Origin: a virus
Virus record (IMG/VR): IMGVR_UViG_3300045988_069160
Coordinates: 1 to 36,715 of that record
Length of the DNA: 36,715 nt
Strand: one strand, 5' to 3'
This document shows, piece after piece, positions 6,719 through 14,174 of this stretch. The translations under genes and the position numbers were made by a program. The stretch's first letter is position 1. Each line of letters begins with the position of its first letter. The notes beneath the pieces were generated by a model. It ran no database searches. It saw nothing but the letters and a program-made list of their open reading frames with translations, and was not told where the DNA came from.

Positions 6719-6848
6719 CCCGTTATCATGGCTGACCGTGACGGCAGCCGTCGCGTACCTTATCGGCTGCCTGTTCAGACAGGCGGCGTATGAAATCGAA
6801 GAGCGCCACGCGGCGAGTGAGCGCGCGTGGAAGGAGGAAGGACTATGA
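6711..6848 (+). CDS. Small membrane protein (45 aa)
   Basis: AGGAAAGGAG RBS, ATG at 6711. One hydrophobic helix: LSWLTVTAAVAYLIGCLF. Confidence 0.5.
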   Translation: MDNPLSWLTVTAAVAYLIGCLFRQAAYEIEERHAASERAWKEEGL

Positions 6849-7111
6849 GCACAGGGACAATATGCCTGCTGATCTCGGCGGGCATCATGATAATCGTGAC
6901 AATCTATCTTGACATCGTCGGCGAGCAGGTGGCGGAGATCAAGGAGATTGCGGAGGAGCAGGGCTGGGCAGACCCGGCCAAGGTGCAGGAGCTGGGCGAG
7001 CGCCCGCGTAGCTGCGCCGCGCACCGCCGCAGCAGACCGGCGCCGGCGCCGGCAGTGATGGACGCGCAGTACTTCACCATGCCCGACGGTGAGAGAGTGA
7101 GGCGCAGATGA
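6845..7111 (+). CDS. Small membrane protein
   Basis: GGAAGGAGGAAGG RBS, ATG at 6845, 88 aa. N-terminal TM segment: ICLLISAGIMIIVTIYL. Confidence 0.55.
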   Translation: MSTGTICLLISAGIMIIVTIYLDIVGEQVAEIKEIAEEQGWADPAKVQELGERPRSCAAHRRSRPAPAPAVMDAQYFTMPDGERVRRR

Positions 7112-7350
7112 ACAAGCCCATTTACACCATGACGGACGCAGAGCTTCAGGCTGAGAACGACCGTCTGCGCCGAGAGAATGACCGGCTCTGCAAGGCGCTT
7201 GCCGACATGGCCGAGGAGAACGCGGAGCTGCGCGCCAAGTATGACGGCCTTGTAGCCGGCGTCAAGGCTCTCAAGAATAAGATCAGAGAGGAGGAGAAGA
7301 GGCATGCCGGAGGAAGAAAGAGCGGCGGAGCAGGAGCAGGAAGAGTTTAA
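7108..7350 (+). CDS. Hypothetical coiled-coil protein
   Basis: ATGA overlap with the previous gene. 80 aa. Heptad-like sequence: AELQAENDRLRRENDRLCKALADMAEENAELRAKY. Confidence 0.6.
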   Translation: MNKPIYTMTDAELQAENDRLRRENDRLCKALADMAEENAELRAKYDGLVAGVKALKNKIREEEKRHAGGRKSGGAGAGRV

Positions 7351-7558
7351 GCTCCGCTCCTGCAAGCATAAGAACTGCAAGTACCGCGCGACCAGCAACA
7401 ACGCATACGGCGTGTACAACTGCGACTACGCTCTTATAACCGGCCACACCCGCGCAGCGCAGCACCCCCCGGACAAGCGTCAGCCTGCGGACTGCATGCT
7501 GTACGAGCCGCGCACCGGCAAGAAGCCACGGCGTAAGCCCTTTGTACAGACAGGATGA
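7304..7558 (+). CDS. Hypothetical Cys-containing protein
   Basis: 84 aa. Contains CKHKNCKY...NCDY...C. It overlaps its neighbours in the operon. Confidence 0.55.
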   Translation: MPEEERAAEQEQEEFKLRSCKHKNCKYRATSNNAYGVYNCDYALITGHTRAAQHPPDKRQPADCMLYEPRTGKKPRRKPFVQTG

Positions 7559-7863
7559 GCAGCAAGAAGAAGGATGCGTCCCAGCAGTACATAAGCCTGT
7601 GCCCCGATCACTACCGGAGATTCGACACCAAGCATTACCAACTGACCCACGAAGCAGACAACAGCAGCTGCGCATTTTGCGGACGCGCGGCAGCACAGTA
7701 CAGTTTCATACCCCGGTACGTAATAAAGCGTCAGCGGCAGCGCAGCGCTCCAGCGCGCAGCCGCGACACGCGGGCACAGTACCGGGGAGACTGGAGGGAG
7801 TCAATATATGGAAACAACAATGACAGCAGCGAGCGCCCGGAAGAAGATGCCCTGCCCTACTGA
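7555..7863 (+). CDS. Hypothetical protein with zinc-ribbon-like CPDH...CAFCG
   Basis: ATGA overlap with the previous gene. 102 aa. The C-terminal third overlaps the VRR-NUC gene and is compositionally odd. Confidence 0.5.
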   Translation: MSSKKKDASQQYISLCPDHYRRFDTKHYQLTHEADNSSCAFCGRAAAQYSFIPRYVIKRQRQRSAPARSRDTRAQYRGDWRESIYGNNNDSSERPEEDALPY

Positions 7864-8224
7864 GGGAGTAGAACAGGCTACGCTATTCTCCTGGGCGTCA
7901 ATGCGCACTTACTGGCATCCGGAACTTAACCTGATGTTCCACATCCCGAACGGCGGGAAGCGGAGCAAGGCCGAGGCCGGGCGCTTCCGCGCCGAGGGCG
8001 TAAAGTCCGGCGTGCCGGATATCTGCCTGCCGGTAGCCCGCGGCGGCTATCACGGCCTGTTCATAGAGCTAAAGCGTCAGCACGGAAACACCACCACGAA
8101 GAATCAGGACACATGGCTTGCCGACTTGCGCGAGCAGGGATATGCGACTGCCGTAGCTTACGGCTGGGAGCAGGCGGCGAAGATCATCACAGACTATATG
8201 GAGGAAGAGTATGAAAATAAATAA
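7808..8224 (+). CDS. VRR-NUC domain nuclease (PD-(D/E)xK fold)
   Basis: 138 aa, GGAGGGA RBS. GVPDICLP...GLFIELKR supplies the D...E-x-K signature typical of VRR-NUC. Confidence 0.9.
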   Translation: METTMTAASARKKMPCPTEGVEQATLFSWASMRTYWHPELNLMFHIPNGGKRSKAEAGRFRAEGVKSGVPDICLPVARGGYHGLFIELKRQHGNTTTKNQDTWLADLREQGYATAVAYGWEQAAKIITDYMEEEYENK

Positions 8225-8810
8225 GATTGCCGGTATCTGCAAGCGCGCCGGGATGATCAGACTCTACGATGAGCACACCGGAGATATGCAATGGTGCGGC
8301 ACGGATGCGGCCATATACCCGCTGTACTCTCTGCCGGTGCTTGACGGCGATACCGTAGGTCCCGTTATGAATTTCTCCGACAAGGAGCTGAAGAACATCG
8401 TGGTTGAGCACATGCGCATTCCCTTGCGCTACGACGTCAACGACACCGCCGAGGGCGAGAAGTATATCGGAGAGCCGGTGTTCCGATTCCTCATAGGCAG
8501 CACCGTATACAACGCATACCAGCGTCCGGGAACACTTGGCGTGCTGTTCATCAATGCGGCGTACCTCAAGCCGCTGCTCGGCGGAGAGGATGATCCTGAA
8601 CTCTATCTCCGTAATGGCGACAGCTTCACCGGTGAGTACATAGCAGTAAAGCAGGGACTTATGCTTGCGGCGATCATTGAGCCGGAACTGGATATTCTGA
8701 GCGCGAGCCTTATCAACAGTGTCTCGGCGCTTGCAGTTGCCGTGAACAACGAAATCCACCGCTTGGACGGCATCCCCGATACAGACCCGGAGACGGGCGA
8801 GATCGTATAA
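8211..8810 (+). CDS. Hypothetical protein
   Basis: 199 aa, good coding character. No motif recognised. Confidence 0.75.
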   Translation: MKINKIAGICKRAGMIRLYDEHTGDMQWCGTDAAIYPLYSLPVLDGDTVGPVMNFSDKELKNIVVEHMRIPLRYDVNDTAEGEKYIGEPVFRFLIGSTVYNAYQRPGTLGVLFINAAYLKPLLGGEDDPELYLRNGDSFTGEYIAVKQGLMLAAIIEPELDILSASLINSVSALAVAVNNEIHRLDGIPDTDPETGEIV

Positions 8811-8813
8811 CGA

Positions 8814-9692
8814 ATGGACAAAGAACAAACTGCAATGGAGCGGCTGCGGCTGGCGTCGGATATGTCGCTGCGCCTGTATCACCGTCCGCTGCTGCTGACT
8901 GACAGCGGCGGCAAGGACAGCGCCGTGATCTGCAAGCTCGCGGAGAACGCAGGGATTCCCTTTGAGATCGTCCACTCTCACACGACCGCGGACGCGCCCG
9001 AGACTGTCTATCATGTCCGCAAGCGCGCCAAAGAATACGAACTCAAAGGCGTAAGCTATACGATCCATTACCCCACATATAAGGGCAAGCCGACAAGTAT
9101 GTGGGAGCTCATACCCATTAAGCTCATGCCGCCGACACGGTTAGCCCGTTACTGCTGCGCTGTGCTCAAGGAGACAACAGGCCGCGGCAGGTTCATAGCG
9201 ACCGGTGTGCGCTGGGCGGAGAGCACAGCACGGAAGAACAATCGCAGCAGCCTTGAAATAATCCACGCAGACAGGAAGAAGACCCTGCTGCTGAACAATG
9301 ATAACGATGAAGATAGGCGGCTCTTCGAGACATGCACGCTCAAGGGCGAGCGTGTCTGCAATCCTATCATCGACTGGCAGGAATCCGATGTGTGGGACTA
9401 CCTCACAGAACAGCACGTCGAATGCAATCCACTATACTGCAAGGGCTGGCCCCGCGTGGGCTGTATCGGCTGCCCGCTGGCGGGCAAAGCACGGTATAGA
9501 GAGTTTGCCCAATATCCAAAGTACAGGCCGATGTACATCAATGCGTTTGACCGCATGCTCGCGGAGCGCCAGCGCCGCGGAAAGATGAACGGCTCATGGA
9601 GAATGGGCACTACCGGCGTTGATGTATTCCACTGGTGGATGGAGGACGGCGTTCTGCCGGGGCAGTTCGAGATTGAGGAGGATGAACCGTGA
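8814..9692 (+). CDS. PAPS reductase-family (PP-loop ATP pyrophosphatase, DndC/IbrA-like) protein
   Basis: 292 aa. PP-loop LLTDSGGKDSAV and a C-terminal Cys cluster CNPLYCKGWPRVGCIGCP. Confidence 0.9.
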   Translation: MDKEQTAMERLRLASDMSLRLYHRPLLLTDSGGKDSAVICKLAENAGIPFEIVHSHTTADAPETVYHVRKRAKEYELKGVSYTIHYPTYKGKPTSMWELIPIKLMPPTRLARYCCAVLKETTGRGRFIATGVRWAESTARKNNRSSLEIIHADRKKTLLLNNDNDEDRRLFETCTLKGERVCNPIIDWQESDVWDYLTEQHVECNPLYCKGWPRVGCIGCPLAGKARYREFAQYPKYRPMYINAFDRMLAERQRRGKMNGSWRMGTTGVDVFHWWMEDGVLPGQFEIEEDEP

Positions 9693-10240
9693 CCGATATC
9701 AAGCCGTTTCCGGATAAACTGTTCCGCACAATCTACATAGATCCGCCGTGGCCGGAGCGGGGGGGCGGTAAAATCAAGCGCGGCGCAGACAAGCACTACG
9801 GTTTAATGTCCGTTGCTGAGATTAAGGCGCTGCCGATTGCCCGGCTCGCAGCCCCTGACGGATGCCACTTGTACTGTTGGGCAACAAACAATTATTTGCC
9901 TGCCGCCGTTGAGTGCGTAAAAGCGTGGGGATTCGAGTATGTGACAACGATAACATGGATGAAAGACCGTCAAGGGCTTGGACAGTATTACCGCGGTATT
10001 ACAGAGCATTGCATATTTGCCACGACTAAGAAGCGCCTGCCATACAAAGTTTCTCCTGAAGGCAAACGCTGTCAGGGGAAAACGGGATTCTACGCACCAA
10101 AAACAATTCACAGTCGAAAACCATATGAGATGCGCCGGATGATAGAGCTTGTGAGTTACGCGCCGCGCATAGAGATTTTTGCGAGAGAACAATTCCCAGG
10201 CTGGGATGCCTGGGGAAATGAAGTGGAGGAAATGACATGA
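9689..10240 (+). CDS. MT-A70 family N6-adenine DNA methyltransferase
   Basis: GTGA overlap with the previous gene. 183 aa. Catalytic motif IYIDPPWP, plus HSRKPYEM and WDAWGNE, typical of MT-A70 enzymes. Confidence 0.9.
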   Translation: MTDIKPFPDKLFRTIYIDPPWPERGGGKIKRGADKHYGLMSVAEIKALPIARLAAPDGCHLYCWATNNYLPAAVECVKAWGFEYVTTITWMKDRQGLGQYYRGITEHCIFATTKKRLPYKVSPEGKRCQGKTGFYAPKTIHSRKPYEMRRMIELVSYAPRIEIFAREQFPGWDAWGNEVEEMT

Positions 10241-10572
10241 CATACGATGGACTCATTAACACCCTGCGTACTTATGCGACCGAGACACTCGGGGACTGTC
10301 CTGAAGACTGCCCGGTCAAGCAACGGCAGGAGGCGACTTGCCGTGAGGTATTCAGCACGGCAGCCGACGCACTTGAAACGTCGTCGGCGATACGCAAAGA
10401 CACCTTAGCGTCGGCGCTCAGAATGCAGCACGAGGCAGCCACGGCAAAAAACGAGCTTGAACAAACGAAGAGAGCGAATGAGATTCTGCATTTGGAACTA
10501 CACCGTATGTTCCACCGATACATAGCTGCTAAGACGGGGATGGACACGGGCGAGAGCACGGAGGAGGATTGA
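10237..10572 (+). CDS. Hypothetical protein
   Basis: ATGA overlap with the previous gene. 111 aa. Confidence 0.65.
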   Translation: MTYDGLINTLRTYATETLGDCPEDCPVKQRQEATCREVFSTAADALETSSAIRKDTLASALRMQHEAATAKNELEQTKRANEILHLELHRMFHRYIAAKTGMDTGESTEED

Positions 10573-10574
10573 CC

Positions 10575-10877
10575 ATGCCTATATACTACGAAGCCAAAGC
10601 ATTAGAGCGGGCGATAGACGCCGCACCGAGGATAACCCCAAGCACAAAGTCTGTACTGAAGAAGATCATACGCAGCGCGCCGGTGGCGGATGAGGTAGAG
10701 AAGCTGCGCCGGGAGCGGGACGCGGCGGTAGCGGACATACAGGGAGTGATGCGCAACGCTGCGGACACCTGCTATCGCTGCAAGCATCGCTTCGGCGACA
10801 GCGCGGCAGAGTGCTGCATCGACTGTGAGGACGGCAGTAACTGGGAATGGAGGGGAGTAGTAGATGCGACCAATTGA
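10575..10877 (+). CDS. Hypothetical protein with C-terminal CxxC...CxxC
   Basis: ATG at 10575 follows a GGAGGAGGA RBS; the track uses TTG at 10569. 100 aa. Contains CYRCKH...CCIDCEDG. Confidence 0.6.
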   Translation: MPIYYEAKALERAIDAAPRITPSTKSVLKKIIRSAPVADEVEKLRRERDAAVADIQGVMRNAADTCYRCKHRFGDSAAECCIDCEDGSNWEWRGVVDATN

Positions 10878-11163
10878 CGCCGATGCACTCATAGAGAATC
10901 ATTTCTCTGACAACCACAGGATAGCACTTTCATATGCGGACAAGGCATGGATGCGCAAGATCATTAACGATGCGCCGACTCTTGAGCATGTCCCTACACG
11001 ACATAGCCGCTGGTTTAGACCTTATATCAGCTGGCTGCGGCCGCTCAAAATCAAGAACCCGTATTGCTTTTGCTTGAACTGTGTGTATGCAGTAAAGGCA
11101 AAGAAGAAAACAAAGTATTGCCCCAATTGCGGGGCGAAGATGGATTTGGAGGAGGGTGTATGA
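10864..11163 (+). CDS. Hypothetical protein with C-terminal zinc ribbon
   Basis: 99 aa. Contains CFCLNC...YCPNCGAKM. Confidence 0.65.
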   Translation: MRPIDADALIENHFSDNHRIALSYADKAWMRKIINDAPTLEHVPTRHSRWFRPYISWLRPLKIKNPYCFCLNCVYAVKAKKKTKYCPNCGAKMDLEEGV

Positions 11164-11720
11164 AAGCGGTTTTAATTAGCATACATCCAGAGTGGTGTTC
11201 AAAGATCGCGAGCGGCGAGAAGGCGATCGAGGTACGGAAAACGCGCCCGAAGCTGACCCCACCATTTAAGGTGTACATCTATTGTACGAAGGACGCGAAG
11301 AAGCAATTTTGGACAGGCCCGAGGTATTCCTATGCGGACGATCACAGCCATAACGCAATTGATAAATGCGGAAACGGTAAAGTCATTGGCGAATTCCTTT
11401 GCAATCAGATCATTGAGGATCACACGTTCGGCCACGATGAAAAGTTCTACAGTGCAGCCTGCATGAGCCCGTGCGATGTGGCGGCGTATGCAGTGCAGTC
11501 GCCAATGTACGGCTGGCACATCGCTAACGTGAAAATCTACGACAAACCGCGAAAGCTAAACGCGTTCTACAAGAAGTGCTCGGAGTACACGGAACTCGGC
11601 ACAAATTGTTTCGACTGCAAGTACGAATGCGGGACTGACGAAGTTGAATGCGCTTCAGAGGGAAGATTGCATCTTCATTGTGCCCCGCAAAGCTGGTGTT
11701 ATGTGGAGGAGCAGCAATGA
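11160..11720 (+). CDS. ASCH (PUA-like) domain protein
   Basis: ATGA overlap; ATG at 11160 follows a GGAGGAGGG RBS. 186 aa. The N-terminus MKAVLISIHPEWCSKIASGEKAIEVRKTRP is typical of ASCH domains. Confidence 0.8.
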   Translation: MKAVLISIHPEWCSKIASGEKAIEVRKTRPKLTPPFKVYIYCTKDAKKQFWTGPRYSYADDHSHNAIDKCGNGKVIGEFLCNQIIEDHTFGHDEKFYSAACMSPCDVAAYAVQSPMYGWHIANVKIYDKPRKLNAFYKKCSEYTELGTNCFDCKYECGTDEVECASEGRLHLHCAPQSWCYVEEQQ

Positions 11721-11809
11721 CCAAACATAAAAAGTGCTACGGCAAATGCGACCGCTGCGTGTGGAAGAACAACGGCGGCTGTTCAGAATGGAGGAGAATA
11801 AAATTATGA
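11717..11809 (+). CDS. Micro-ORF (30 aa) with CxxxC-x2-C...C
   Basis: Not in the track. It has ATGA overlaps at both ends (11717 and 11806). Product: MTKHKKCYGKCDRCVWKNNGGCSEWRRIKL. Confidence 0.35.
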   Translation: MTKHKKCYGKCDRCVWKNNGGCSEWRRIKL

Positions 11810-12105
11810 GTTACGAAGACAACGGAAATAGCGTCGGCTGTGCACCGGCGGCGGGGACGCTTCAGGGGAGTGCAGCCACGCTTTCGAGCATGATGGATCA
11901 GGCCAATAACATGGCACAAGAAATTCTGATCATGGCACAAAAGATAAATGATCACATGTTCGGCGAGAGCAACTCCGACAGAGATGAGGCGGAGCCTCCA
12001 ATGTGCTTTCAAGATGTTCTTGCTAACCAGCTCAAGACGCTTAGCAAAGCGACGTGCGAGCTCACGGCGATAATGGATAAGCTGGGGGTGCAGATGGATG
12101 CCTGA
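11806..12105 (+). CDS. Hypothetical protein
   Basis: ATG at 11806 follows a GGAGGAG RBS. 99 aa. Confidence 0.6.
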   Translation: MSYEDNGNSVGCAPAAGTLQGSAATLSSMMDQANNMAQEILIMAQKINDHMFGESNSDRDEAEPPMCFQDVLANQLKTLSKATCELTAIMDKLGVQMDA

Positions 12106-12304
12106 ATTAAAACCCTGCCCGTTTTGCGGGGAGAGCGGGTGCTCTGTTCACCTGCAAAAGATCATCTATGCCAATGAAGATTACAAACGTTGGGAAGTAA
12201 TTTGCGAAGCCTGCGGCGCTGAGATGGCGGAGTTTGTTACACCGGAGCGGGCGATCGAGGCATGGAACAGGAGAGCAAGCAATGACGGAGGAGCGGGAGC
12301 ATAA
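12098..12304 (+). CDS. lar: Lar-family restriction alleviation-like protein
   Basis: 68 aa. LKPCPFCG...CEACGA...AIEAWNRR matches the Lar zinc-ribbon pattern as I remember it. Confidence 0.7.
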   Translation: MPELKPCPFCGESGCSVHLQKIIYANEDYKRWEVICEACGAEMAEFVTPERAIEAWNRRASNDGGAGA

Positions 12305-12340
12305 CGCGCCCGCCCTCCCCGCAAGCACAAAGTAGATTGT

Positions 12341-12369
12341 AAGGTGCTGCCGCGGACCGGCAGCACCTT
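12341..12369. repeat. Perfect 12-bp-stem hairpin
   Basis: AAGGTGCTGCCG, CGGA loop, CGGCAGCACCTT. No T-run follows on the + strand. Confidence 0.85.
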
Positions 12370-12402
12370 AGAGCCCACTTTGAGGCGGAGGATATTGAAA
12401 AA

Positions 12403-12428
12403 GCAAACGCGCGCGCACGCGCGTTTGC
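12403..12428. repeat. Perfect 11-bp-stem GC-rich hairpin
   Basis: GCAAACGCGCG, CGCA loop, CGCGCGTTTGC. An A-run precedes it on the + strand, which is a T-run on the minus strand. Confidence 0.85.
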
Positions 12429-12487
12429 GAGCTCGGTAAGAGCCTAAGTAATCCGCCATTCTTTAATAGACAGAAGAGGAGAGCACC

Positions 12488-13315
12488 ATGAAGGACGGAT
12501 ATTGGGTAGTCAGAACATACGAAGCCGGGCAGGTCGGCGAGAAGACGAAGTACTTCGTTCTCGGTGATCGCACCCGGCGCAACAGACGCAAGGAAGAATC
12601 CAGCATCAAGAAGCAGGAGCAGAATGAATACTCCACGAAGAAGCGCCTTGCCCGTCTCATCAATGCGAACTTTACACACGGAGATATCCTCCTCGGTCTT
12701 GACTACTCCGATGCATCATACAAGAAGCTCGAGCGCTCCGCCCGAAAAGCCGCCCCAGATTATGACAGTCTGCCCGAAGAGGATCAACTGCGCTGCATCC
12801 GTGAAGCTGCCGCCCAGGAGATGGAGAACTATCTCCGCAGGGTGAAGCGCGCCCTCGAAAAGGAAGGCCGCGCCGATGAGCTAAAGTACATAGCGATTAC
12901 ATCCGACATGGACGGCGACACAAAGGAGACCGTGCGCGTTCATCATCACCTGATAGTCCCGGCCTCATGCGAGCACATCGTCCGCATGAAGTGGGGACGC
13001 GGCGGCACGTACTGCAAGCCCCTGAGCAAGCAGGAGGATTATATACCGATAGCCGAGTACCTGATAGCTCAGGTGCGCGGGACGCTCAACGCAAAGAAGT
13101 TCGTATCGTCCCGCAATCTCATCCGCCCGCAGCCGAAAGACCGCGTAGCCGTGAGCGACGCCGAGATCAGAGTGCCCCGCAACTGCAAGCTCATTCAGCG
13201 CGCAGAGTATAAGCGCGGCGCACCTCAGTACATCCGTTACATCCTGCCGGAGAAGAAAGCAGCAGACATAAGCAGCAGCGACGGAGAGCCCGCCGCAGAA
13301 AGGAGCGAGACATGA
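12488..13315 (+). CDS. HUH-endonuclease-like protein (tentative rolling-circle Rep or relaxase-like initiator)
   Basis: GAGGAGAG RBS, 275 aa. Motif-1-like ILLGLDYS (aa 67-74), HUH-like VRVHHHLIV (aa 150-158), then KWGRGG...IAEYLIAQ with a Tyr about 39 aa downstream. The function call is tentative. Confidence 0.8.
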   Translation: MKDGYWVVRTYEAGQVGEKTKYFVLGDRTRRNRRKEESSIKKQEQNEYSTKKRLARLINANFTHGDILLGLDYSDASYKKLERSARKAAPDYDSLPEEDQLRCIREAAAQEMENYLRRVKRALEKEGRADELKYIAITSDMDGDTKETVRVHHHLIVPASCEHIVRMKWGRGGTYCKPLSKQEDYIPIAEYLIAQVRGTLNAKKFVSSRNLIRPQPKDRVAVSDAEIRVPRNCKLIQRAEYKRGAPQYIRYILPEKKAADISSSDGEPAAERSET

Positions 13316-13653
13316 AGAACAAAAGCAACATGGTTTACGATCACCTTTGCGCAGATTGTTACCGAAAGCTAAACACGCTGTACCGCCTGCATGACGTGCC
13401 GCTCGAACGCCAGCGCGGCGGCAGGGGCAAGTGCGGCCTCTGTGATTTTCGCGGGGAGCTGACGGAGATCGAGTACGACAGAGTGAAAGACAAGCGTTCA
13501 CCGGAAGAGCGGGCGCGGCTGCGCGCGGAGCTGAACGCCCCGCCGAAAACCCGCGAGGAGATCAGGCGGCAGGAAGAACCGGCGCCGGCACCGAAGGACT
13601 ACGGCTTCACGCGACAGACCTTCCTCGACCTCGCTGCGCTGGACAAGCTTTGA
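13312..13653 (+). CDS. Hypothetical zinc-finger protein
   Basis: ATGA overlap with the previous gene. 113 aa. Contains CADC...CGLCDF. Confidence 0.7.
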   Translation: MKNKSNMVYDHLCADCYRKLNTLYRLHDVPLERQRGGRGKCGLCDFRGELTEIEYDRVKDKRSPEERARLRAELNAPPKTREEIRRQEEPAPAPKDYGFTRQTFLDLAALDKL

Positions 13654-13668
13654 CGGGAGGGCGGGGAG

Positions 13669-13977
13669 ATGAGTAAACCGAGGTACGATTGGTGGGGCTA
13701 TGTCAAGAAGACCCTTTACCGGTATCCGGACAACCAGCGTCCGGCGGAGCGGCGCGCGATCGAGAAAGCGATCCAGACGACGCGCGACAGCTGCGCGGAT
13801 GCAGACGAAAGGCTCGAACTGGTCAGGCTGATATACTGGTCGCGCATTCGCTACAACATCCCCGGCGCGGCGCTCGCGCTGCCTGGTATATCTGAGGCGA
13901 CGGCCAAAAGATGGCACCGCGATTTCCTTAAAGCCGTTGCCGGAAATTTAGGGCTTGTGGACGGCAGGAAAAAATGA
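13669..13977 (+). CDS. Putative late-gene transcriptional activator (sigma-70 region-4-like / RinA-like HTH)
   Basis: GGGAGGGCGGGGAG RBS, 102 aa. ELVRLIYW...IPGAALALPGISEATAKRWHRDFLKAVA resembles small phage late activators. It lies immediately upstream of the packaging operon. Confidence 0.7.
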   Translation: MSKPRYDWWGYVKKTLYRYPDNQRPAERRAIEKAIQTTRDSCADADERLELVRLIYWSRIRYNIPGAALALPGISEATAKRWHRDFLKAVAGNLGLVDGRKK

Positions 13978-14008
13978 GCCACGAAAGCCAAAAGAAATTG
14001 ATATCATA
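13970..14008 (+). promoter_or_regulatory. Conserved late-operon motif, copy 1
   Basis: AAAAATGAGCCACGAAAGCCAAAAGAA, then TATCAT 9 nt after GCCAAA. It is nearly identical to 20884-20920. Confidence 0.5.
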
Positions 14009-14077
14009 TCCGCAGAAGGACAGATAATCCTCTCTTCATTCTCTCCTTTTCTGCGGCAAAGCGGAAAGACGCTTGAC

Positions 14078-14100
14078 AGCCCGGACAGACGGGCTTTTTT
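14078..14100 (+). terminator. Rho-independent terminator in the leader of the packaging operon
   Basis: AGCCCG (14078-14083) / CGGGCT (14090-14095) with a 6-nt loop, running into TTTTTT (14095-14100). Confidence 0.65.
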
Positions 14101-14174
14101 CACACCCGCGGGCGGTTCGCCGGGCGGGTAAATGAATCCGGAGAATCCGGAGACCATAAAAAAGGAGCGGGATC

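Noticed and set aside
12305-12487. The two long hairpins as ordinary transcription terminators closing the early operon, or as a cos/pac site.
   Set aside because: Neither hairpin is followed by a + strand U-run; the second has its T-run on the minus strand. I cannot identify cos or pac ends from sequence alone. They are reported instead as candidate origin or nick structures, at low certainty.
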